A stretch of DNA of 64,000 nucleotides from assembly GCA_964016885.1 (NCBI GenBank), contig OZ024741.1, forward strand, positions 30,070,001-30,134,000, in the 5' to 3' direction. The stretch is from Eledone cirrhosa (Eukaryota). A model generated the notes under the pieces. It searched no databases. It was not told the DNA's origin and saw only the letters and a list, made by a program, of their open reading frames with translations. Shown in pieces: positions 51,376-64,000 of this stretch. Numbering within the stretch: the stretch's first letter is position 1; each line of letters begins with the position of its first letter. Position numbers and translations under genes: made by a program.

Positions 51376-52804
51376 AATGAACGAAGCCAAATTTTAAATA
51401 TTTGACTTATTTATTTTATTTTACATTACTCCGGAGTAACCAAACCAACCTGCGCACTTCGTCGAGTGCTACAATCTACATGCTGAGGTGTCGGTAAACA
51501 ACCAACATATACTCAAAATTTATCTAGCTCCTCCACGTGTTGAGTTTTTCAAACAGTAGAGGATTTAAGTCACTATGGAAAAACTGGCAACCTTGGCGTC
51601 ACTGAAGGATACCCCCCCCTCCCTGGAAAACAAGAAAACACCGGCGATCTCATCAAGAGTACGGACTCCCTTGTCCATAGGATGAGATGGAAGGCGTTCC
51701 ACTTTGAAAGAACACATGGTGTACCTTTTTAGATCAAGGAGGAACCCTCCCCACAGCAGACTAATGGAGGAGTTTGAAAACGAGATGATTAACATTATCT
51801 CCAACCACAAACTCTCCGGAAACCCATCCAGAAGTCAGGTGTACCTCAGACACCTGGGAAACCGGATTACAATACTTAAAAAGACAACTGGAATACTTGT
51901 CCATGCAGACAAAACCAACCACCTCTACAACATGGACATTGAACCGTATAATAAGATAACTCTCAGGGAACTGAGGAAGTGCTACAAAAAAACACATCTG
52001 GATTTACCCTGGATGAGATCAACGACACAGCTCACAGGATTATATCTGGACTCGAGACAGAGGACACGACGGCCCCATACCAACCAAGGGAGGCGCGGAT
52101 TACCCTTAAAGATCACAAGCCAAACTATGAGTCCGAACTCCCTGTTAGACTAATAGCCCCCTCCAGATCAGACCTAGGGATCGTCAGTAAAAGCATACTA
52201 GATAGGGTTTAGCCCAAGCTTCGGAAAAAACTAGATTACAGCAATGGTCATGCACGGGAGAGGTAATAGAATAGTTTAAGATACTACCTGGGAAAAGTAG
52301 GACCAGCTTTATCCAAATAGATATCGCAGGCTACTACTTCTCAATCTCACCCATAGTACTCAATAAGGCCCTTCCGTTCCCTTACTTATTTCTTCATATG
52401 CTTGGCATAACCCCCCACGAGACATGGTGGCAGGATAGATTACAGCACACACACACACACAGATCCTTCTAAAATCAGCAGCAGCCGGACTTAGGCTGAC
52501 CCCAGCACCAACACCACTACCAACATAAGGGAAGAGGTGAGATGTACTTACCAATACAAAACCAACCACTACAGATTACCTCGCCTCAAAAAGAATCTTT
52601 ATAGACTTTTGACTGAGGAATGTTCTCACAACTGAACAATGGGGGCAGAGGATGTCCTTCGACGCTGAAATTCGTTTATTAGAATTCATATGATTCCAGT
52701 TCCTCATAGAAACAACAACCTAACCAGGAACTGGGCATATCAGTATATTGACGAAGTTAAACACCTCAACAACATGTGTACTCGTCTCTACCACACTAAT
52801 TCGG

Positions 52805-52859
52805 ATTGCCTGAAGAGGTCACAGCCAAAGATGGCTGTCACCGAAATATATATAGCAGT
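52805..52859 (+). ncRNA. Type-I hammerhead ribozyme, canonical core (second pLTR)
   Basis: Identical to 51321-51375, followed by AATAAA. Confidence 0.9.
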
Positions 52860-52997
52860 AATAAATGAAGCCAAACTTTAAATATTTGACTTATTTATTT
52901 TATTTTACATTACGCCGGAGTAACCAAACCAGCCTGCGCACTTCATCGAATGGTCCAATCTGCATACTGAGGTGTCGATAAACAACCAACATATGCT

Positions 52998-54041
<1,044 letters not shown>

Positions 54042-54044
54042 TAT

Positions 54045-54079
<35 letters not shown>

Positions 54080-55229
54080 CATACTTATATATATATATAT
54101 ATGCATATACAAAGTTAGAGATAATATACGGAGCATATAATTTCAGCGAGGCAGATATTAAAAGAAGTGACATCTATATTACTACTACTACTACTACTAC
54201 TACTACTGCTACTGCTGCTGCTGCTGCTGTTGGTCATGATGCTATCCTTATAGCCTCGTCCAGTAGTCTGCCTACTCAATATGCTACAACTGTGGATTAG
54301 CTTTACAATCGTCGGTAACCATCACGACTTTCTTATCTGTAGATTTCTCAATAGACCCTATTTTTACTACATGATACATTCACGTTCAGATTCTGGTAAA
54401 GGTGATTCGGGGTTTATATTGTTGCCTTATATAATGTAAAACTAGTGATTCGGCATGTGTGCTACGACTAAATTTGCACTCCACCTTCGGAGTTAAAAGC
54501 CCGATGCACAAACCTCTCTATGATCTGCCGAGGGCTGGAAACCACATACGTTTACACATAGAATAAGGATTCGTATAGGTGGGTCTTTGGTGGTCGAAGT
54601 AAACGTTCACATGTTTCAAAAACACGAAGTTATGTTAACATTTTTGTGCTAGTTTCTCCGTGTATTCAGAATATAAGAAGTCGTTATGCCTTGTAACATA
54701 TCTCTATAGTGTTCTTGGCTTTTCCTCCAGTCGACCTGTGCACAGACTATTAGCAATGAAAGCAAAACGGCCGCTGCAATTATTGTTAAAATTATAATCA
54801 AATTTGTTATTTTTTCATTCCATTTCAGAAAGCTGGAATATTTAGTTGTTCAATATTATTAATTACTCTTTATTGATGTTATCTTATAATAAAATTGTGT
54901 TACTTTTTTTCAATGTGTTGCTTCAATATATTGCGTGATCGGTATTATTTGCCTTGTGGCTAACACATCTAATCGTTACTCTTGGTACTGTCCAAGTCAC
55001 CTTAAAGTACGATTAAACGAACTTAAACAAATATCTAATATACAAATACCCAAGATCAAATCATAATATTGCACTCCAAATTAAACGAGTGGATAATGAA
55101 ATCCTCCACCGTCTTCCAATGATAGGTGAAATGATTAATGATATTGAATTAGTTTTTTCACGCTATGTAAATCTTGGTAAATCTGATTCACTCTCAGAAT
55201 TATATTTGAACAGGTTCACTCACATAACT

Positions 55230-55422
55230 ATAATAATTGTTTCTACTTTTGGCACAATGCCAGCAATTACCCTAGTCTATTACTGGTACTTTATTGTATC
55301 GACCCCGTAAGGATGAAAGGCAAAGGTAACCTCAGCGGGATTTGAACTCAGACCATAAAGGGCTGTAACTCTTTGCAGCAAAGCAGTGCGTCAGTCTCTC
55401 TACCGATACTGCCAATCCACCT
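55230..55422 (-). mobile_element. CORE-type tRNA-derived SINE
   Basis: Reverse complement homologous to 57971-58161. An older remnant lies at ~55805-55945. Confidence 0.83.
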
Positions 55423-56894
55423 AGGTATAATAATGGTTTCTAGCTATATTTAAACAGGTCCATTCACACAAACAAAATAAGGGTTTCTAATTCAGGCACA
55501 ATGCCATAAAATTCGGGGGAGGAGGGGGCGGGGTGGTTGTGGAGGAAAGTTGTCTATAACGACTTCACTTCTTAATTGATTTTTGAATTTGCCAAGCTTA
55601 CAGTTTGAAACTGATTAGACCATTACTCGCCAGAATACTTGATACTGCACTAGAGCTGGAAGAAAACAACCACAAGGATATGGTCCGAACGTGGAAGAGC
55701 CGAACTCCCACTGTCATAGCCTCCATCTCTCTCACCCTCCCCATATCTCCGTATGGTGAGCAAATGGTGTCCCATGCGATAGCCTCCCCACAGCCCCGGC
55801 GGACAAAGTCACCTTCTTAATTGATTCTATATTATATTAACCCAGAAAAAAGAAAGGCAAATGAATCTTGGTGTGATTTGAACTCAAGAGTTGGAACTTA
55901 TGGAAGAAAGCATTTACCAGGCGTTGTAACATTTCTGCTAACACAGTACCCAGTCGCTTTAACAGTTCTGTCAAACCAATTAAGATGCAATACTAAAAAA
56001 ACAGCAAGACTTAATTTGCATTCTGCACATATACCAGGAATTTAGATAACAGAAGCAACATAAGCACATAAGATGTGCATTCACCGCTAGACCCTAAAAC
56101 ACAACAACAGACAAATAATACATAAAAAGAAAACCTGTCACTTAATGAAATAACACAAAGACCTACATTGAACATAATCTATACTGTCAAAACACTAAAG
56201 TAACAAATAAAAACAACTCATAAAGAGGCAAATATGACATAGTGTTGTGTTAAAACACACACAGGAACTATTAATGCTATATCCCCAAAAGACAACGTTG
56301 TATACGCTATAGAAAGTATATGTAGGGCTCCAAAGTAAAATTGCTGACATCATGGTGATGATGATGATAATAATAACCATAGTTTATTTCAGTTATCGTT
56401 ACATGCCAGTTTTTATGGTATTGCTGCACCATTTTTCTTTTGTAAAATTATAGTAAACCATCTTATTATGTAATATCATATATGCTTTTATACGACTTTT
56501 TAGACTTTAGTTTCAGTTAAAATTGAAACATTTTAATCAGCGATGGCTTACATTGTCTCATATCCTTTCCTTATCGTTCTTTTAACACACTCTCTTGTAT
56601 TATACATACTTTTATTGCTCTTCATTTCTTCACTTTGCATATGTATATATGTGTGTCTGTGTGTAAAAATATGTGTGCCTGTGTGTATAAATATGTGTGT
56701 ATAAACAAACAGAGGTGTATATATGCCTGTATATATGGGTGCACATGTGAAGTTATTCTTAATTGAATCGTGTTTGTTTAAAATCGAAATTGTTCACACA
56801 AAACGTAAAATGTTTGAGTATGGAAGTATTGATAACAAGAGATTCAAAGAATCGAACTATGTTTATACGTACACATACATACACATGTATGGAC

Positions 56895-56910
56895 ACATAT
56901 ATACACATAT

Positions 56911-56985
<75 letters not shown>

Positions 56986-57007
56986 AATATATATATATAT
57001 ACATATA

Positions 57008-57085
<78 letters not shown>

Positions 57086-57248
57086 CATATGTATGTATGT
57101 ATGTAAATAATATATATTTGTTTGTGTTATACATACATATATATATATTTATATATATAGGAACGAGTAGGAACCCGACGGCTGAGCTCAAGCCGTTTCG
57201 ACGGCTAGTTCTGGACAAAAAAAAAAGTATTGAGTACTTTGGTGCGTT

Positions 57249-57280
<32 letters not shown>

Positions 57281-57283
57281 AAT

Positions 57284-57379
<96 letters not shown>

Positions 57380-57413
57380 TATAAATATATATATATATAT
57401 ATATAATATATAA

Positions 57414-57450
<37 letters not shown>

Positions 57451-57619
57451 ATTATATATATAAATATATATATATATATAAATATATATATATAAATATA
57501 TATATATATAAATATATATATATATAAATATATATATAAATATATATATATATATGCATATATGTATATAAATATATATAAATATATATATACATATAAA
57601 TATATATATATATTTATAA

Positions 57620-57665
<46 letters not shown>

Positions 57666-57710
57666 GTATATATATATTTATATATGTATATATATATATA
57701 TATATATTTA

Positions 57711-57752
<42 letters not shown>

Positions 57753-57794
57753 AATGTATATATATATATATGTATATATGTATATATATATATG

Positions 57795-57825
<31 letters not shown>

Positions 57826-57969
57826 GTATATATATGTATATATATATATGTATATATATATATATTTATATATGTATATATATATATATAATATATATAT
57901 TTATATATGTATATATATTATATATATTTATATATGTATATATATGATATATATTTATATATATATATA
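56895..57969. repeat. ~1 kb (TA)n compound microsatellite containing a small insertion
   Basis: Seen directly. Confidence 0.95.
57159..57248 (-). mobile_element. Short structured repeat family with an HHR-like 3' half (copy 3 of 3, partial)
   Basis: Reverse complement ...gccgtc-GAAA-CGGC-TTGAGCTCA-GCCG-TC-gggttcct. Confidence 0.7.
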
Positions 57970-57970
57970 A

Positions 57971-58161
57971 TGGCGGTGGATTGGTAGTATCGGTAGAGGG
58001 TCGGACGCCATGCTTTGCAGCAAAGCGTTACGGCCCTTTATGGTCTGAGTTCAAATCCCGCCGAGGTTAACTTTGCCTTTCATCCTTAGGGGGTCGATAA
58101 AATAAAGTACCAGTAATACACTGGGATAATTGCTGGCCTTGTGTCAAAAGTAGAAACAATA
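57971..58161 (+). mobile_element. CORE-type tRNA-derived SINE
   Basis: A box TGGTAGTATCGG, B box GAGTTCAAATC, core and tail as at 13868. Confidence 0.87.
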
Positions 58162-58195
<34 letters not shown>

Positions 58196-58750
58196 GCAAG
58201 TCTGTGAGTATCGTTTTGTACGTGTACATGTGTGCGTATTTGATTGCATGTTTATTTTAATAGTGTGTGTGAATGTATACTGTAGTTTGTGTGTGCTTGT
58301 GACTGTTTGCAAGCATGCGTGTGCATGCGTGTTTATTGAGTAACTTGATCGTTACTAAAACAGTAAATATTCTCCACATAATGTGGTGAGTGGCGTTAAA
58401 TGTGATCAAAATGAAAGAATACATAGTGAAATATACGGGAAGAGAGCAAATTTACATTGGAAGGCAATAACGGTGAGTGAGTGTGAGAAAATATAAGAAA
58501 AGGTGGGAGAGACGGGGGATGGTGGTTAGGCGGAAAATAACATTCTGTTTTATGTTCAGTGTATGGCTGTCACTTCACTTTCTTGTATCCGTTTACAGAG
58601 AGACACATGACAAAGATAACTCGCACATATATGTTTAAAATTGTATACCTAAGTACATACACATACACATACAAACACACATATACAAACTTACACACAC
58701 ACAAGCATACACACACACACACGCGCGCACACACACACATACACACACAC

Positions 58751-58798
<48 letters not shown>

Positions 58799-59196
58799 CG
58801 ATACAGAAGCCAAGCTGTAGCTACAGGGCTTCATTCTACATCCTTCTAGTTGACAAAAATAGAAGCAAAATTCTTTTCCCGGCGCGGGGAATGATTTCTG
58901 TACAGTCTTTGCCAATTAAAATTTGCAGTTACAGAATGACATAACCAGCAGTTGTACCACTGAACCCTGAGACTGTTTGGTCTTCTAAATATTTTTTAAA
59001 GTTATATTATAAATATTAACTCGGAATTTTTATGGTCTTATCTACTTTACATTTACTTATTGATTTACTTAAGTATATTATTACATCGTTGGATAATGAG
59101 TTCGGTTTTCTAACATTTATTAAAGACTAATATTTACTATTATTTAATTATTTTCATGTTTAGCTGTTCAAATAACTAATTCTCTCTCTACCCCCT

Positions 59197-59789
<593 letters not shown>

Positions 59790-59934
59790 AATAGCTCCGT
59801 AGCTTACATAGAGCACTCTCCTTTCCTTTACCTTTCCTACGGAAATATTTAATATATATATATATATATATGCGAAAGACGGACTTATATGCCTACACAG
59901 ATATTTATAGACACAGTTATGGACAAATATAGCC

Positions 59935-59978
<44 letters not shown>

Positions 59979-60029
59979 GAAAATTATGAAAATAAAACAA
60001 AGAAGCCTTCAATACATCAAAAGTCTCTA

Positions 60030-60072
60030 TTAGACAACAATGTTTCGTCCTATTAAGGACTCATCAGGGCAA
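60030..60072 (-). ncRNA. Type-I minimal hammerhead in inverted pLTR
   Basis: gcc-CTGATGA-GTCCT-taat-AGGAC-GAAA-CATTG-TT-gtc; one stem I mismatch. Confidence 0.8.
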
Positions 60073-61078
60073 TTAAAACAACAAGAAGTACTATCGGCCA
60101 AAACAAGCCGAAAACTCCGAATAATATGGAGTGTACATACACTAAAGTATTGCAAGATTATGGGTAAAAATATATAATAAAAATCACTAAGGAGGTGTAT
60201 AACATTTAGAACCATATTACAAATATAGTCCAAAGCAAAAAACCTAGAGCTAAACAAAGGTGGTTATATAGAGCGGGAATTATATATAATACTATATAAT
60301 ATAATATAATATACTTGTAACAATATTAAAATTAAAATTACAATAAAAATTAAAAGGCACAATATACATATGTATATATGTACGCACACGTACGCACATA
60401 TACATATACATCAATACACATATCCATCTTTAACAGCACAAATTAAGCCTTATTAAGAGTTTAAATATAAATAAGCATGATAGGAATAAAAATAATAATA
60501 ATAATAATAATACGTATATCTAATATACATGAAGTAATAAAATGATTAAAAGTAACACATATAATATATAATAAACTATATAATTATATACTATATAATA
60601 TAATATAATAGATAATCTCCGGTTAATTTACACAAACAATATAAATGTGACAATAATACTATAATAATAATATAATAACATATATAATATATAATATATA
60701 ATGGCATGTAAGTTAACAAATCAATTCATATAGAGTTACAGAGTAGGTGAGACTAGTGTTAACTCCTTTGTAAAAAGGATTAGATGGCGTGCTTTCCACT
60801 ATGATATTAATAAGAATAGGAAGGACCCCAGGAATAGAACAAATTTTAATAACTATGGCTTCAAAACTTATAAGAGCCCACCACATAATCTTCTATTAGA
60901 TAGTTTTGAAAGTGACTTACTCTCTCTTGTCAAAAATATTAAGTATAGGCCAAATAATAGACATAGAAATTATAATAAATTTGATAAGTTCCAGTCTAGA
61001 CTTAAAAATATTGTTAAAGGTTTTGGTGCGAATAAGTCTATTCTTGTCCCGGCGGATAAGACTAAGAATCTATACTCT

Positions 61079-62707
61079 ATGGATTACAGTGCTTACCGTG
61101 ACTTTATTTATAAGGAGCTACATAGAAATTATAAAAAAACTACGCTAGATAATTTGAACCTTATCAATAGTGAGGGTCTTAAAATTATCTCGGACCTCGG
61201 CCTTGATAAGTATACCCAGCCATATTACCCTAGAGAACCGAGATTCACTCTTAAGGATCATAAGGTAGACTTCATTAGTAACCCCTCTGTTAGACTCATC
61301 TGTCCTTCTAAGTCCGATATAGCCATAATCAGTAAAAAAATCCTTGACCTTATTATACCAGATGTTAGGGATAAAGTTAATTTTAACCTATGGGGGAACA
61401 CTAAGGAAGTTATAGATTGGTTCTCTGGGATTAATAAACTTGAATCTAATAAGTTTATCCAATTCGATATTGATGCCTACTACACATCGATTTCACCCAT
61501 CCTCCTCAATAAAGCTTTAATGTTGGCCATGAGAGTGTCCAGCCTTACACGATCACAGGTAGATATTATACTAGCAGCCCGTAGAACTATTATTAATTTT
61601 GAGGATACATTTTGGACCCGTAAAAACACGCCCAACATTTTCGACGTTACAATGGGTTCGAGTGATTCGGCCCAGGTAACTGATCTTGTTGGGTTGTTCC
61701 TCCTAAATGAACTATATGTTACCTTTCCGCACCTTAAAGGCGGACTATATCGTGATGATGCATTATTTGTAATTAACTCTAGCACCAACAATGTCGAGCA
61801 TAATAAGAAGACGCTTTATAAGTATTTTAAAAGCTATAACCTTTCGATCACGATAGATAGAAACGATAGAGCGGTCAACTTTTTAGATGTGACTTTGGAC
61901 TTGGTCACTAATAGTTTTAAACCCTTCCATAAGCCTAATGAAATACTTTCTTATGTTAGTCCCAATTCTAACCACCCCAAATCTATGATAAGCTCTATAA
62001 TTAAGGGTGTATCTAATAGGATTTCCACACTCTCTAAGGACGTAGGAACATTTAATGAACATGCGGAGTACTATAATAATGCTCTAGCTAATTCCGGTTA
62101 CTCTAGTAAAATACATTATAATAATAGTAACCTTAGAAAGTCTCCGCTTACTTATAATAATAATAATATAATATCACATAACATGGCCATGAATGGGAGT
62201 AGGAAGCATAATAACCGTAAAAATTACATAAGTGTATCTGAACCCATCCATAAGTTAACCCACGGGACTTGTAATAGGGAATATAATACCTCTTTGAAAC
62301 AAGTCGAACCCTCTGAGCGCTCACTCATTGGTGATAATTTTGCTAGATCTAATTCTAATAATGTTGTTTCTACTGATCCTATTATTGGCCCTAATCCTTT
62401 TGATGGCATTCCAGACGGCAGCAGATCTACTAGAGGTAGAAACAGTAATAGACTTAATGGAATTTTGGCTGATTCTAATAATGCGGTTTTAACTAATCCT
62501 TGTAGTAACACTAGTCTTAATAATGGGATTTTAGATAATGGTAGAGTCGGTAAGGATAAAAATAGAAGGAGACTAAATACTTATTTTAACCCGCCATATA
62601 ATCAGGAAGTATTAACTAATATCCCTAGGTCTTTCTTTTCTATCTTAGGGAAAAATTTCCCCCCTTCTCATAAATACCATAGTATTTTTAATAAAAATGT
62701 TTATTAA
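61079..62707 (+). CDS. PLE reverse transcriptase; frameshifts into the EN ORF near 62700
   Basis: TLKDHK..F...P.VRLICP.KS, FDIDAYY, FDVTMGS, GGLYRDD, NFLDVTLDL, SNHP, YFNPPY. Confidence 0.9.
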   Translation: MDYSAYRDFIYKELHRNYKKTTLDNLNLINSEGLKIISDLGLDKYTQPYYPREPRFTLKDHKVDFISNPSVRLICPSKSDIAIISKKILDLIIPDVRDKVNFNLWGNTKEVIDWFSGINKLESNKFIQFDIDAYYTSISPILLNKALMLAMRVSSLTRSQVDIILAARRTIINFEDTFWTRKNTPNIFDVTMGSSDSAQVTDLVGLFLLNELYVTFPHLKGGLYRDDALFVINSSTNNVEHNKKTLYKYFKSYNLSITIDRNDRAVNFLDVTLDLVTNSFKPFHKPNEILSYVSPNSNHPKSMISSIIKGVSNRISTLSKDVGTFNEHAEYYNNALANSGYSSKIHYNNSNLRKSPLTYNNNNIISHNMAMNGSRKHNNRKNYISVSEPIHKLTHGTCNREYNTSLKQVEPSERSLIGDNFARSNSNNVVSTDPIIGPNPFDGIPDGSRSTRGRNSNRLNGILADSNNAVLTNPCSNTSLNNGILDNGRVGKDKNRRRLNTYFNPPYNQEVLTNIPRSFFSILGKNFPPSHKYHSIFNKNVY

Positions 62708-63359
62708 ACTTTCATTCTCTACCACCCCTAATATTAGTTCTCATTTAGCTAGCACTAACAATAGGAAAATTAGGGATGGATTCTCCTCTCTACATACTAC
62801 TAGTCTGAACAGATCTGCAAATGCCTTACCACCAGAGCAGACCTTATCTAATAGTAATCCTACGTGTAATGCATCACTACTTCAGCCAACCAATAGCACC
62901 CGGAAGTGTAACTGTAGAGTGAGTGCTAACTGCCCTTTAAACGGTAACTGCCTCTCTAAGAACATCGTCTATGCTTGCGTAGTTATTACTAATTCCTCTA
63001 ATAGAACTTATATAGGCTCTACATCTAACACTTTTAAGACTAGGTTTAATTCTCATATCTCTAATTTCAAACATGTTAAGTTTAAGAATTCTACTTCTTT
63101 AGCACACTATATCTGGGATCTTAAGGGGGCTAATATACCATATAGCCTTAATTGGCGTTTAGTAGCACGCTCTAATAACCTTTCTACACATACTAAATTT
63201 TGTAATCTCTGTATCCTCGAGACACACTCTATAATCTTCTCTAGTGAATCCTTACTTAATAGAAAGTCTGAGATATTCTCTTCTTTCCCCCAAGCTATTT
63301 CTAATTCTTACTTTTATTATAAACCTAAAGGTTCTAGTAGTATAAATTGTATCCATTAG
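62697..63359 (+). CDS. PLE Cys-linker + GIY-YIG endonuclease, continuation of 61079-62707
   Basis: CNCR...CPLNGNCL..NIVY.C......TYIGST...FK.RF..H...SLAHYIW...CNLC..E...LN.KSE. Confidence 0.9.
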   Translation: MFIKLSFSTTPNISSHLASTNNRKIRDGFSSLHTTSLNRSANALPPEQTLSNSNPTCNASLLQPTNSTRKCNCRVSANCPLNGNCLSKNIVYACVVITNSSNRTYIGSTSNTFKTRFNSHISNFKHVKFKNSTSLAHYIWDLKGANIPYSLNWRLVARSNNLSTHTKFCNLCILETHSIIFSSESLLNRKSEIFSSFPQAISNSYFYYKPKGSSSINCIH

Positions 63360-64000
63360 CTGATATATTCCATTACTTATTTTTTTAGTTTAGCTTCTTT
63401 TTGTTTACGACCATTATTATCATCATTATTCTAGCTCTCATAATCTTTTGGCTACTATACCATATCTATCTTCTTACGCATTAAATGTTCACTATTAACA
63501 CCTTATGAGTATATACCTGATTATATATTTTACATTATTTTATTTTATTTTATTTTATTTTATTTGGATTCTTCATTGGATACCCCCCCCCCACACACAC
63601 ACTTACCCCCCCCCCCATGCACACAAACTTATTGTCAACCCCTTCAAATATATTATGATTATATTTAATCCCCCCCCTCTTTTACGCTCCTTTCTATTAT
63701 TTAATATAGTATATTGACTATGATTTTATGCTCCTTTGTATCCTCCATACATTTCTTATTTTCTGTCCCTATTAGCCTACCATAATTCTGCTTAAGTCAG
63801 TTTTTTAGATATCGTTTTGTAAATGATAGTAGAAAATTTCATTCCTTTATATATATATATTTGTAGTGAAATATTAACGTTTATAAATTTTGATTACTTA
63901 AACCATGGCTAATATTGTATTGCCTTATTAGATATTTTAAATATTTTTAATATTAATTTATCAAATAGGGTTTTCGAGTCATTTACCTGGGTTGTTTCCT

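Larger units (their letters stand above)
59975..64000 (+). mobile_element. Nematis-type PLE (same family as 5745-9676) with long inverted 3' segment at 59975-60752; runs off the window end
   Basis: 59975-60752 is homologous to 5858-6590. The ORF region from ~60755 (RIRWRAFHY...) to 63359 is homologous to the reverse complement of 7646-9545. Confidence 0.94.

Noticed and set aside
62690-62710. Programmed frameshift between RT and EN
   Set aside because: The sibling copy reads through this position in frame (NKNVIKLSFS in 8068-9423), so it is a private 1-nt insertion or a sequencing error.

Overview
Animal genomic DNA that is very AT-rich, with no confidently identifiable host gene. The SINE types and the extreme (TA)n/(CA)n/(TACA)n load suggest a cephalopod (octopus-like) genome; this is an inference. 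Almost everything recognisable is a mobile element sitting in or next to microsatellites. There are Penelope-like elements (PLEs; RT + C-terminal GIY-YIG) of at least four sequence types with inverted/tandem pseudo-LTRs, two copies of an APE-RT LINE, R4/Dong-like 3' fragments in (TACA)n, a deleted Helitron, tRNA-derived SINEs and a probable MITE. The main signal is read from the RNA rather than the ORFs. About 30 type-I hammerhead ribozyme (HHR) motifs or HHR-like variants, from roughly 20 unrelated short repeat families, were found by eye. Most have palindromic minimal stem III (dimer-type), many lie just upstream of a poly(A) signal, and several are in ORF-less tandem units of about 160-540 nt (retrozyme/pLTR-like). 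One 259-nt unit also carries a complete tRNA-like cloverleaf with its own Pol III terminator. Three families show a possible non-canonical HHR-like core with an extra hairpin. All folds were paired by hand and none was computed or tested. The many Tyr/Ile-rich ORFs are microsatellite artefacts.
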